Origin: Lama guanicoe
Taxonomy: Eukaryota
Assembly: GCA_013239625.1 (NCBI GenBank)
Contig: MU053754.1
Coordinates: forward strand, 1,283,966-1,347,965
Direction: 5' to 3'
Length of the DNA stretch: 64,000 bases
A program made the position numbers and the translations under genes. A model generated the notes under the pieces. The model searched no databases. It saw only the letters and a list, made by a program, of their open reading frames with translations, and was not told where the DNA came from. Position 1 is the first letter of the stretch; each line of letters begins with the position of its first letter. Of this stretch, positions 1-11,533 are shown one piece after another.

Positions 1-19
1 GATGGAGTCTGATTCTGTA

Positions 20-1740
20 GCCTCCACCTTTTAACTGGTGAGAATAGAATTTCTAAATTTTTATGTTGATTTGTTTCTACGATCTTATGTCACGTGTCCA
101 TTTGCCAAATTTTAACATAGTTTTTATTTTCCTTTTCTGCTTTCTGTTGATAGATAAATTACTTTTCCTTCTCTGGCTGATGTAAATGTAACACCTTTTA
201 TTTTTCTTCTACTCATGATCACTCTTTATTAAGATCCATATTCACTACTGAATTCTCAAACTTATTAATAGCTAGGTCTTTCCCCAATAGGATACATGTT
301 GAAGCAAGTTCTCCTATCTCTTTAATCTCCCCACTGTTACTCACTGTTTGGTATTGTCTAGAATTTTAGTTCCGGGTTAAAATATCGTTTGGCCTTTTCT
401 TATCCTGGTCTTATTAGGCAACAATAAATGTACCTGACAGAGATCACCTCCCTTCTATATTTGTTACAGCCTTTTCCTGGAGTTGAGCAATTCCTCCCAG
501 ACTATTTTCAAAGTGGATTTTTGTCCAGAAAATCTTTTGAAAATCAGCATGCCTGAAAATACTATCCCACTCTCACATTTACGCGACAATTTGGTTAGAT
601 ACAGAGTTTTCAACGTTCAGAGTAATTCTAAAGTATTACTCTGCCTGTATTCGTCTGTTCAAGGAGTCATAACGAAATATCACAGACTGGGCGCCTTAAA
701 CGACAGAAACTGACTTTCCTGCAGCTCTAGAAGCTAGAAGTCCCAGATCAAGGCTGCAGCCAGCTTGGTTCCTGGTGAGAGCGCCCCTCCGGGCTTGTAG
801 GTGGCTTCCTCTGGCTGTGTCCTCACTGGCCTGTCCTTGGTGGGGATGCTCAGAGACAGAGCAAGCTCTCTGCTGTCTCCTCCTCTACGGGCATTGATGT
901 CATCATGAGGGCTCCACTCTCATGACTGATTCCCTCTCAGATACAACCCATGGAGGGTTGGGGCTTCAAGGTAAGAAACTGAGGGGGATATAAACTTTCA
1001 GTCCAGAACACTGACGTCCCAGAGTTAGTGTCGATGTTGAAAATTACGTTGTCAGTTTGATTCTTTTGTTTTGGGAGTCTACTGGTTTCTCCTTGGATTT
1101 CTTGAATTCCCTTCCTTTTGCCATTTAAAAATTTCACTCTAATATGCACGGGTGTGTGTTTCTCTTATTTGTCATGTTGGGAACTCCCTGAGCCATTTCC
1201 ATCAAAGATCTCTGATCTTGTTACTGTTTGTTTGCTTTTTTGTGTGAATTCTCCTGATTTTTATTTTTTTATGTGTGTGTTTGTTTTTAATAATGGAGAA
1301 TTCTCTTCATTTTTTTCAAGAAGTGCGTCCTTTCTGTTTTTTTTTTTCTTTCACTTTCTGGGTCCCCTCTATTTGTTGCTAGTTATACTTCTATCCAGCA
1401 TGCTCCTGGCACTTCTAATTTTCTTTTTTGCCTCCTCTGACGTTTTATGGGAGAGTCTTGCAACTTATATTACAGCTCAACCATCTGTTCCTCAGCTGTA
1501 TTCACTCTGCAATTCAGTCCAATGCCTGTACTCTTTATTTTAACTATAATATTTTCCACACCATGTATTTCTACCTATGTGACTTATTATCATGTGCTGT
1601 GTATTGCTATATTCTTCCATGCTCTCACTGAGTACATTTATTATGTTTACATTCTTGGGCCATCTCTCTGTAACCTTGCTTCGTGGGTACACGGTTTTCC
1701 GCTTGCTTTCTCTTTAGAGGTTGTACTCTTTGGGTCTCTA
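20..1740 (-). mobile_element. Ancient L1 (L1ME/HAL1-like) ORF1-region fragment, split by an MLT1 insertion
   Basis: T-rich, decayed antisense L1-like sequence that continues on both sides of the MLT1 at 646-1010; boundaries approximate. Confidence 0.55.
646..1010 (-). mobile_element. MaLR solo LTR, MLT1A/B-like
   Basis: Begins TGTAT, ends GAACA; resembles the MLT1 antisense motif (cacagactgggcgccttaaacgacagaaa ... aagctagaagtcccagatcaagg); 5-bp TSD ctgcc (641-645) / ctgac (1011-1015). Confidence 0.85.
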
Positions 1741-1775
1741 GGTATTTCAGCGTCTGAGTGTATGTTCGTCCAGGA

Positions 1776-1993
1776 CAGGGCTGTCACCTGTAGGCAATGG
1801 TGCCTCCCAGGAAACACCTGGCAATGTCAGGAGCTTTTCTGGATGTCACAACTGGGTGAGGGGGGACACTAGTGGCATCCAGTGGGTAGAGGCCAGAGAT
1901 GCTGCTAAACAGTGCAAAGAACATTTCCACCAAACCCCATAACAAACAGTTACCCATCCCGAATATCACTACTGCTGAGGCTGAGGAGCCCTG
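1776..1993 (+). mobile_element. MER20 (hAT-Charlie non-autonomous DNA transposon)
   Basis: Diagnostic core tggcaatgtcaggag...gtcacaactggg...tggcatccagtgggtagaggccagagatgctgctaaaca; ends gctgaggagccctg. Confidence 0.85.
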
Positions 1994-2368
1994 AGCTCGG
2001 CGTCCCAGCTGCTCCATGTGCTCCTGAGAGTCTGGTCCCAAGGGAGAAGGCCCTGGCAGCACAGGACTGCTGTGGCCACTTCTTTTCCCTCAACACCACC
2101 AGGCAATCCTCTGCCCAGGCTTTTCCCTAAGACTCTCGTCTAAAGCTTGTCTCCTGAGGTTGAGAGATTCACCAGTGCTAGGTGTTCAGGAGGCGCATGG
2201 ACTGAGGAGGAGATGCCCAAGGAGGGCGGGTCAGACCCTAGGAGACCCCTTTCATCAATTCTTCACCATTGAGGGGATGCTGTGCTGCGCTGGTGCGATC
2301 ACCCACACCAGGAACAGCAGCGACCTGGCTACTGCAGTAGGTTCCTTGTGGCAAAGGGGGCAGGAAGA

Positions 2369-2393
2369 ACACACACACACACACACACACACA
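2369..2393 (+). repeat. (AC)12 microsatellite
   Basis: Direct reading. Confidence 0.95.
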
Positions 2394-3862
2394 GCAACAT
2401 CGGGGAGAGGTAAGAGGAGAAATTAATTCTCTCACTGCCCCTTGGGCAGCTTCGTTGCAGCTTAATGGAGAAACTTTCTCCCTGTCACTCCCAAGAAAGA
2501 CACAGTTCCATTTCCAACATCCTTCAGGCACCCCAGGGAGCTCTGCGGGTTTGCTATGGGGTGCTGTCCCTGCACTTTCAGCCTTCCCTTCTGTCTCCAC
2601 AGCTGTCTGTGGTTGCTCTCGACATTTCATGAGAAACCGTCTCTACTTAAAAAAATCATTACTTGTAGCTGCTTTGTGAAAACCAAGACTCTGAAATAAA
2701 TATTTCTATAAATCGCATTTTTCATTAATGGATGATGCAGTAGGTTCCTGTAAATATGCTTTAATGATGTGGGAGGGATTTCTGAGGTTTTATTTTTCCC
2801 TGTTTCAGACACAAAATTATTTCTCTCTGGACGCTGATACACATAAAAAACTAAATGTTCCTCCCCTGTCCCAGTTTCTACTGAATGCTGTTTAACGTCA
2901 TAGGCCCTTTTTTTTAATCTCAGGGAACAGAATCTCAGTCCTAGCCACATTAATCAAAGCAGTCTTCTCCAACATTTAAATAAATGAATTTTCCTTTATA
3001 CACATAAGGACAATATAGATGATCTGTAAAAACCTGGTGTTTATCACAGTGATACATCCCTGTTATCACACTGCCATTTCTTAGTCATTGAGGGAAGCAA
3101 ACTGCTTAGGATATCAAGATGCTGTGACGAAAGGATAAAGGAAGAAAAAAGCCCCTGAAAAACCAAGGTTGGCTTTCAAGGCCTACTCCCTGTTTTACGG
3201 TTAGAAATGACAGTGTGGCTTATAATCATACTTAAAATTCAGACTTAACATTCATGACACTTTTTCAGGAGAAAGCAGTTTTCCACACATATGTGTAACG
3301 TACAATGCAAATAAAGCGTTTCAGAAAAAAAATTTAAATAAGCTTTAGTAGTCTTTCTTGAAATTAGGTTTGTATGCATTCAAATGTCTAAGGGAAAGAA
3401 CAATTTATTTTTTTATCTACTTAAATGTCTATTTATCTATCTATCAATCGAACTAATCATTTATTTTGGTGGTTTGGTACATAATTATTTATAATTTTTC
3501 CATAAACTGCCAGTTAAGATCAAGTGATAAAGCAAAGACAATTATTTATCAAACTCTAGAAAAAACAACTGTGGATGCAAATATTTTTGAAATTCTACTA
3601 AACCATAAGTACTGCTGAGCAAAAAAAAAATTTGGTGAAATATTGGTGACACATAGATAATCTCAGGGTAAATGCTAGAGTAACCTGGATAGCTGTTAAA
3701 GTTTTATACAACTACATTTCATGTAGTTCTACAAGGTATATTTTAGGACAAAAACAAGAAAAAATGCAAAATTTCTGCATAGTCCAGACAACACAAACAC
3801 TTAACAAGATAAAACAACTGTCTCCCAATTCAAGTTTTCCATACTGGTACTCAGTTTTAGGA

Positions 3863-4072
3863 CGAGGGGACAGCCAACCACTACTCTCAGGCAAAACCTG
3901 GCCCAGCATCATTTTTGTAAATAAAGTTTTATTGGAACACCAACACACCCACTTGCTGATGAATTGTCTGTGGCTGTTTTCACATGCGGTATCAGGACCG
4001 AGAAAACCTGACCCACAGACCTGAAACGCTTACTCTCTGGCCTTTTACAGAAGGAGTTTGCTTGCTGACCTG
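3863..4072. mobile_element. MER58A-like hAT DNA transposon
   Basis: tttttgtaaataaagttttattggaacac...tgtctgtggctgttttcac...tactctctggccttttacagaagg. Confidence 0.85.
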
Positions 4073-4599
4073 TCACAGGAAAAAAATGTGCAAACACACA
4101 CTGAAGTGGCTGCCAGGTTCTCCCCGCACCTTGTCTAGTGGAAGCTGGAATGTTCTCTGTATCTCAGTCAGGCTGTCTTGGCGCCTCCCCCACATCTCAG
4201 ACACAAAGCATCTTGTTACCAAGTACTCTCCTTTGCTCTGTGCTGGCAGGAACACTTTCCCCTGCCCACTGGAGCTGCTTACAATCGCTTCCAAATGATC
4301 TTACACTTTCATTCTTGACTTACTCTAAAATTATCTGCACAAATATTCCCTTTGTGCTAAGCCTGGACAAGCAGTGATTTATACGTTTGTTGGCAAAATG
4401 AGAACCTTGATTAGAATCAATATCGTCAAAGAGCTGCCATCAATTAAAAATGCTTCCAACAAAAAAACCTTTGTAGCAGAGTTGTGTAAATGGACACGGT
4501 CTTGATTTATTAGGGAATGGGGGGATGCATAGTGAGAGGTATTGATTGTTCTTTTTTTTTCCCCAAGAAACTGGTAGCACACGACTGATTTATAGTATC

Positions 4600-6480
4600 A
4601 TTAGAGTTGTTATGGTTCTAAGCATTTTTTAATTGCCACTGTTACTTCTCCTATAACCTACGAGTTATTCAGGAGTGCATTTAAAATTTCCCAAACGCAC
4701 AAGGTCTTACTATCTTTTTATTATTGATTTCTGATGTGTTGCCTTGCAGTCATTCTCTGTATGTGGAGTACAAGTTTGTGAAGGTATGATATACCAGCTT
4801 CTCAATGTCATTACTGAAACCTTCTATCTACTTCCTAATATTCTGTCATCTTGATCTACGAATATCTGATAAAAAGCATGTTAAAAATCTTAAACTGCTG
4901 ATAAATGTGTTCATTTCTCTTAGTATTTCTGTCACTTTTCTTTCTGGAGCTCAAGGTACATACAATTTCATATTGTGTACGTCTTTTTGGTAGACTTGCC
5001 CTTTTGTGTTTATTATATACCATCTTATTTTACTAAAGCAATTTGTACATTAAGTTCTATAATGTGGGATATTAGTTTTATTAAACTTTCTTTTTTATCA
5101 GTATTTTCCTTGATTTTGTTTAGTCGTGTCATTTTTATGTAGCTGGATTTCTAGTGGATAAGTCCATTTTCACTGATGTCAATTACTGATACATTGGGAC
5201 TGATTCCCACCATTTTATTCTGTGTTTTCTATACTGCCATCCTTTCCCTTTCTTTTCTTTTCACTCTCCTTCAACTTAGTTTTTAATTTAACTGTTTATT
5301 TCCTTTTATTTCTCCTCACTTTTATTTATCATATTTTATATTTATAGTGGTTATTTTCATTACATATACTCTACGTTAATTTGTCTAATGAAATCTGAAG
5401 TTATTCAGTAATCGTATACTTTGTCAAAACACTGCATTACTGTCTTGTTACTGTTGACAGAGTTTTTATTTTCAGTGTTTAATGCATAATGCTGTTTTTA
5501 CATTTAGCATTTAATTAAAGGAGTTGGTATTATCTCATCCACTTCTGCACATGCTGTTTCTAGAACCCCATCTCTTCTCTCTTGCCTTCTTACTCATCTT
5601 CTTAATGAAGAACATCCCTGAATAGCTCTTAAAGTGCTGGTTCTACAGTCTTTGCATATAAACTTTGCTTGTGGAAAAATGCCTGTATTTGATGCTTGGT
5701 CTGGAATGTTAAGATGGCAACTGCTTTCCTTCTAAACTGGACTACTGTCAATGAGAGGTCCTTGGTTAGCTGACTTATCCTTTCCTCACAGGTAATCTGA
5801 TGTTTCATTGTGGCAGCTTAAGAATTTCTCTTCATTCTCAATGGCCTACAACTATCATATGCCATGGAATGGACCAATATTTATTCAGCTTTTCAGTTCA
5901 GAGAGTGTACTTTTGATGTGAAGATTTCAATTGTGAGTAATTTTGACTATTACTTCATTCAACCCCATCCAGTCTCCAGCCATTCATCTTTTATGAAACT
6001 CCCAATAAAATAACACTAAAGCATCTCAACCTAGTCTCCAAATCTCAGTTACTCTTTTATGTATTTACTTTTATTTAAAAAAACATTTTATTGCTATTCT
6101 TTTTGTTCTAATGCTCTAACAACATCTAATTACCAATTTCTCTTTGAGTATGTGTAATAAGAGTTTATCCCCATAACAGGATTTCCTTAGTTTTATTTTT
6201 ACTGATAATTGCTACATTTTTCTATGATTTCTAACTTTTATGTTTACTTCTGCCTATCTAAATAACTCTCCTGTCCTGCGTCAGAAAGCATGTTGTTTAT
6301 TCATTTAAGTATTAAATACATTAATTTTAAACTCTTAGACTATTCTAGAACACTCTTCTCATTACATATTAATTTTTTAAATGTTGATTTAATTGATCAT
6401 AATGAATTTTTATAATGGGTTTCTACATAGGTTTTGGATTTTCAGGTTGCGGCTCATTTGGAGGGTTGATTTCTGTATTT
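4600..6480 (-). mobile_element. Ancient L1 (L1ME-like): ORF2 5' (endonuclease) and ORF1 region, heavily decayed
   Basis: Antisense L1-like motifs (gagttattcaggagtgcatttaaaatttcccaa; gcatgttaaaaatcttaaactg...atttctcttagtatttctgtcac); T-rich strand skew. Confidence 0.6.
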
Positions 6481-6581
6481 TTTTTCTTTCCTATTTCTTT
6501 CTCTTTCCCTCCCTTCCCTTTCCCTTCCAGTTTAGTCCTTGTGTGTAATGATTTTATGGCTGGTTGAACCCTCAATCCCCC

Positions 6582-6962
6582 TATGATGGTTGGTTTTATG
6601 TGTCAACTTGACTGGACCATGGTGTCCAGACATTTGGTCAAACATTTCTCTGTATGTTCTGTGAGGGTGTTCCTGGATGAGATTAACATTTATATTAGTG
6701 AACATGGAATAAAGCATAATCTGGGTGGGCCTCATCCAATCAGTTGAAGGCATGCATAGAACAAAAAGAGTAGTCTCCCTTGAACAAAGAGGAATTCTGC
6801 CAGCAGACGAACTTTAGATTTAAAACCAACATTAGCTCTTCCCTAGATCTGAGCCTGCTGGTCTGCCTGCAGATTTGGGACTTGCTAGCCTCCATAATCA
6901 TGGAAGCCAATTTCTTATAATAAATCTCTCTCTCTCTTCACACACACACACATACACACACA
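6582..6962 (+). mobile_element. ERVL LTR, MLT2C/D-like, 3'-truncated at its (CT)n(CA)n tract
   Basis: tatgatggttggttttatgtgtcaacttgactgg...ccagacatttggtcaaacatt...gggtgggcctcatccaatcagttgaagg...cctccataatcatggaagccaatttcttataataaatctctc. Confidence 0.9.
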
Positions 6963-7189
6963 AATTTTGAAAAATATATTTTGAAGAAAAGGAACTTCAT
7001 CTACAAGACCCCAAAGAAGAACATTCTGATCCTTTTTTTGCTATGAAAGAAGTTCTATAATTGACTGACAGCATCAATGGCCATCATGAAATTGTGGTTT
7101 CTACAAAAACAACCTGCCATATAGGCTGAGGTTAAAAGATGATGTAATAGGCTACAGGGAATGGTGTTCTCTACAGAACAGCCCTCTAC

Positions 7190-7490
7190 CTGCCTCAGAT
7201 CTCAGATTAAACATTTCTTTCCTTTTGCCTTGCTCAGACCTCACTCCTCCTCCCATCACAGCCACCAATAACTGGTTTAATTTCTCTCCCACTTGGACCT
7301 AAGATACCCAGGGTTTACCCTATTGGCACAGTCCACTGGGTATTTTTCTAACTTGTTTACTATCAGTGTCACTCAATCTTCTAAGGGCTGAAACCTCCTC
7401 TATCTTATGGATATCTGAGTTGGCTGTGCCTGGACCAGAGTTCAGTACATAGTTAGCCTCCAATCAATATTTTTTGGATGGCTGACTGGC
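7190..7490 (+). mobile_element. L2 3' end fragment
   Basis: Ends in the L2-terminus-like tgcctgg...agtacatagttagcctccaatcaatattttttggatgg. Confidence 0.5.
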
Positions 7491-9024
7491 TTCTCTTCAT
7501 TCTGAACAGTCTTCCTATTCCTGGGCATTTATGGTCTAAGTACAAAACTATTCCTATGAGACTTTATAGGTCCGCAGTATGTTTTATAACAAACATTTGA
7601 TGGATTGAGATGATCTCTTTTTTCGGTGCATGTAGACTCTATGACCAGCAACAGCTGCTGTCTTTCTCTACAGACCCCTCAGCATCTCATGGTGGGAGTG
7701 CCTCCACTCAGCCTTCCACGCTTTTCTAGCCCACCCTCTGAAGGCTGACCATTTATGATTTTCCCCCTGTACTTTCCTACAGAGGGTGATGCGAATCCAA
7801 GACTTTCAGCTTAAAAAACGTCTTAGCCTTTTTGAATCTTATTTGGCTCTGGGACAAATGAGAAATTTTACCAGAACTTAAAAAAAAGAGGCAATTTCAG
7901 CTTGGTAGAACTTTGAACACATGATTACAGAAAAGCAAATTTAAAATACAAACACTCTGTGAAAACTTTTTTCACACATCCTCGAATCAAAAAGTCAGGA
8001 CAGGGCTCAGAGGAGTGAACAGTCTGATATGACTGCAGACCGGTTTGAACTGATTACAGCACTCCACCCTCCCCCATCAGCAGGAAGGGCCCAGACCGCC
8101 TCTGTAGGAAACAGAACCTCAGGGGGGCAAAGTCATTGCTCTGACCTCAGATGCATTCCAAGGCCATTATACAAGAACTGATAGAGCTCTAGGAGAAAGC
8201 ACCCCCACCCCCTCAGGTCTTCACAAATTAACCTTTGAAAAACTCTTCAAAACTCAAACTGTCATTTAAAAAGGCATTAGGAAAGATGATGTAATGCAGA
8301 ACAGACCTTACATAACCAGCACCTGAAGAGACGTGGGGCATAAAAAAAGGAAATGGAGACTCTCTTCCAGGCAAATGGAGACTCTCCCTCAGGCTCAAAT
8401 GAATGGAGGTTATTTAATGTTTCAATGGGTGGGGAAGATCATATAGACATCTGAATGTCTCAAGGAAAACAACTGATTCTCAAAATAAATTTTAATAGAC
8501 TTTTTGCTACTAAATTTGCAATGATTTATCAAATAACTCACAGGGGGTACAGATTTGTGTCAAAGGACATACAAGCATTCTGAGCTCTAAGTGATATAAG
8601 GAAGCTGCTTTCAAGTATTTTAAGTTTTCCACCTGAAGGGGCAAAGACTAATTCAAACAATGGTAATATTATCAGGGAAGGGAGATTAGGGGTTGGCTAA
8701 TCAGATAAGAAAATAGTAAATGCTTTAATGCAACATTGATTTGTGTTTTCTCTGGCTGCAATTCTCACTAGCTTCCTCTAGGTGGAAACTGCAGATCTTT
8801 GTTCTAACAAGTACAACTTAACTGAGCAAGCCTAAGGCAAGCAGGACCCAGGGCCCTGGGAGGAGGGGATGCAGAAATTCTCTCTTCCCCCATCTTCCTT
8901 GACAAACTCCAACCCTTCCAATTATCCCTGGTGCCTGAGCCGTTGCCTAATTTACAAACACATCAATGAGTCCAGAATATCACAGAGAAGACATCAAAGT
9001 CCTGTTCTAAGTTGAATGCATTTG

Positions 9025-9570
9025 TGAAAGCAGCTCTTTTGCCCTTTTCTGTTCGACCATTTCTGTCCCCTTCTAACCTTGAAAGAATCAAATTATAGGA
9101 ATGAGATCACAAAGCAATTGAACTAACTCCTGACTTATGCTCTCCTGAGTGCACACCATGCCTTCCCTAACCTGCTGATTCTTTTCCTAGATTAAAAAAA
9201 AAAAAAAGTCAGAATGAAGAACTAAGAACGAATGGCTAGCTCTCTACCTCCAAGAGCCCCCTTAGCGATCCTGCAGGCAGATCGGGGGTCAAGATGACCT
9301 CTGAAGAGTGAGTCAGCCAGTCTGCATGCGATGGAGATGATGCAGAACCCAGTGTCCTGCCTCGATGATTCACTGAGATCCTTCCCCCCAGCTGTCCCTT
9401 TAAAACTGTCACAGTTGAGCAGAATCTTCAGAGATGGTCTCTGGACACAAGCCCATCTTCTCCCCAGATTGCCAGCTTTTCTGACTAAAGCAGCTTTCCT
9501 TTCTACTGACACTTGCCTCTCGAATCTCTGGCTTTTGAGCAGCGAGCAGTCAACCCTGAGTTGGGTAACA
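9025..9570 (+). mobile_element. ERV1-class solo LTR (about 546 bp), probably laurasiatherian or camelid lineage
   Basis: TG...CA ends (TGAAAG...GGGTAACA); candidate 4-bp TSD tttg (9021-9024 / 9571-9574); TTTAAAA TATA-like box near 9399; degenerate polyA signal actaaa; typical U5 ttgcctctcg...ggcttttgagcagcgagcag. An alternative 5' end near 9050 is possible. Confidence 0.75.
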
Positions 9571-10869
9571 TTTGGAACCTCTAACCAAATTGAGGGGGTT
9601 CTATTGGCAGGAAAAGGACACCTCTTGAGCACGGGAGCATGTGGGCTGGTGTCCTTTGCTCCTGACAAGATCTCAGTGGTGACAGGGAAGAGGTGGTTCT
9701 GGCAAAGCCACTGGCCAAGCGCAGGAAGTCCCCTAACCTTGGAGACAATGACTGGACAAGTGGGTGGGGTAAAAGGCAAAGGCTTGGTTTGGAATCTTCC
9801 CTGAGCACAGAAAGTGAACCATCGGCACAAACACACCCAGGTGCACGGGTGTCAGCAGCGACCCCGTGTTGAAACAGCAGCAGCCCCCAAGCAGCAGGTT
9901 TCTGCAGCCTAGGCTCCCTGAGGCATTTGGAAACATGACTGACTTACACGGCTCTTCCCTGAAGCCTGCTTATCTGTGACTTCCTTGCCCGAAAGAGAAA
10001 CAATCAGCATTCTCCATGCTCATCTGAATACCATACAGTCCAGGAAATCCAGATCCCCATCTATTTATTCTGCCTTTTGTGGCTTCTAGTCACCCTCAAC
10101 AAAAATAATAGCAGAAACAATGAGACACCAATGCCAAGCAGCATCTACGCTCGTGAATAGACAGAATCCCTTAGCATCTCCTTAATGTTTGTCTGCAAAT
10201 ATTAGCTATGCCTCCCCGGTTTAGGATGCTTGAGAAGGCTGAGCCGTGCTAACACAATTAATTTGCTCATTACATACGTCTTCATCAGCAGGGGAAAGGT
10301 AAATTCCAGGCCAGCCGGGGATGGCATTAAAAATTCCAAGTGAGTGGGTTTTACAGCAATGATTATTGAATGTCTTTAAGAGGTTTTCTCTCTTCCGATG
10401 ATGACCAATGACTACTTAATTCCTAGTCAATGTGCTATCCCATGTGCCCATGTTAACAATACTAACCTTTTAAAATCCCTTAACATAATCATACTAAAGC
10501 TTTTGTTGAATATTTAGCCTAAGTTTCTGGCCATAGTTACAGGCTGTTAACATGCAAACCCAGTGATGTGTGAATGTTCCCTCACCACAGAATCTTATAA
10601 AGTTGGGGTCTCCCTACCCCTGGTTCTCCTCCACCCCCTTTAATCTCCCCTTAAATGTCTGTTGCTGTCTCTAGTTCAGAATCTGCACTTTGGGTCCTTG
10701 TGCAGAGGTCTGTGCTTCTCCCTGTGTGGGGAGGACACAGCTTCGACATGTTAGGAGTATACCCATCCCCTTTCCCATCTCGAATGCTGCCTCCTCCAAG
10801 TAGGCTTCCTGGATATGCCAAATCCCAAGACCCTTTACATGTCTTCCCAATGCCATTTATCACCTTCTT

Positions 10870-11023
10870 CTTCTTTTTTTTTTTACTTTTTTTTTAATTG
10901 AGTAATAGTCACTTTACAGTGTTGTGTCAAATTCCAGTGTAGAGCACAATTTCCCAGCTATATATGAACATATATATATTCACTGCCACTTTTTTTTTTT
11001 TTGCTATGAGCTACCACAAGATC
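10870..11023 (-). mobile_element. Young camelid-type L1 3' stub (about 154 bp, 5'-truncated)
   Basis: Poly(T) plus ttacagtgttgtgtcaaattccagtgtagagcacaatt; perfect 12-bp TSD tatcaccttctt (10858-10869 / 11024-11035). Confidence 0.9.
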
Positions 11024-11525
11024 TATCACCTTCTTGATACGTACTGATTTGTATTCAAACCTAATTCCTCCAGTCCTCTTTAAGAGAGGGGAATGAGACT
11101 TCTTTGTGAGTCTAAACTCATCTCTTCCCTGGGCTGTAGCAGGCATTCAGTCACAAAGCACTGCATTCTCATTACTGAAGAGCCCTGCCAAGGCAGGGCC
11201 ACCTCTAGAGAGTACAGTGTATTTGCCTTCACGGGCAAAATCCGAGGTCTCCCCGCACAGAAGCTGAATCTCCTCCTGCAGCACCACAAACCAGAAATTC
11301 CATGGAGAGAAATTAATTATTTTCCACCTAGCATCAGAGTCTCCAAATGGCAATCGTCATGGGAAATAGAAGGCAGTAGTATCTGCACATTTTGTTTACC
11401 ACATGGTGCTCCTGGGACAAAAAAGAGATGTGGAAGATCAAGTAAGGACTGGCTACTTATGGGGGAAGAGAGATCAAAAAGAAACAGGTCAGAAATGAAG
11501 ATGGAAGGGTCCAAAGTGAAGTGAC

Positions 11526-11533
11526 TGACGTCA
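11526..11533. promoter_or_regulatory. Full palindromic CRE (TGACGTCA) in unique sequence
   Basis: Exact motif with its CpG retained; function is not shown by sequence alone. Confidence 0.3.

Noticed and set aside
3042..3054. Lambda-operator-like TATCAC/GTGATA palindrome as a phage signature
   Set aside because: Spacing differs from the 17-bp operator and there is no phage sequence nearby; a GATA-type site or chance is more likely
6481..6530. Long polypyrimidine tract ending in CAG as a splice acceptor
   Set aside because: It sits at the edge of an antisense L1 and runs into an MLT2 LTR with no convincing donor; low-complexity origin is likely
9222..9836. Overlapping 204-aa (-) and 157-aa (+) ORFs
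   Set aside because: They straddle an LTR and its flank and show no gag, pol or env motifs; best explained as chance ORFs
9948..9983. 36-nt minus-strand micro-exon candidate (EVTDKQASGKSR; donor CGT|GTAAGT)
   Set aside because: Acceptor is AAG with purines interrupting the tract, the peptide is unrecognised and no partner exons are evident
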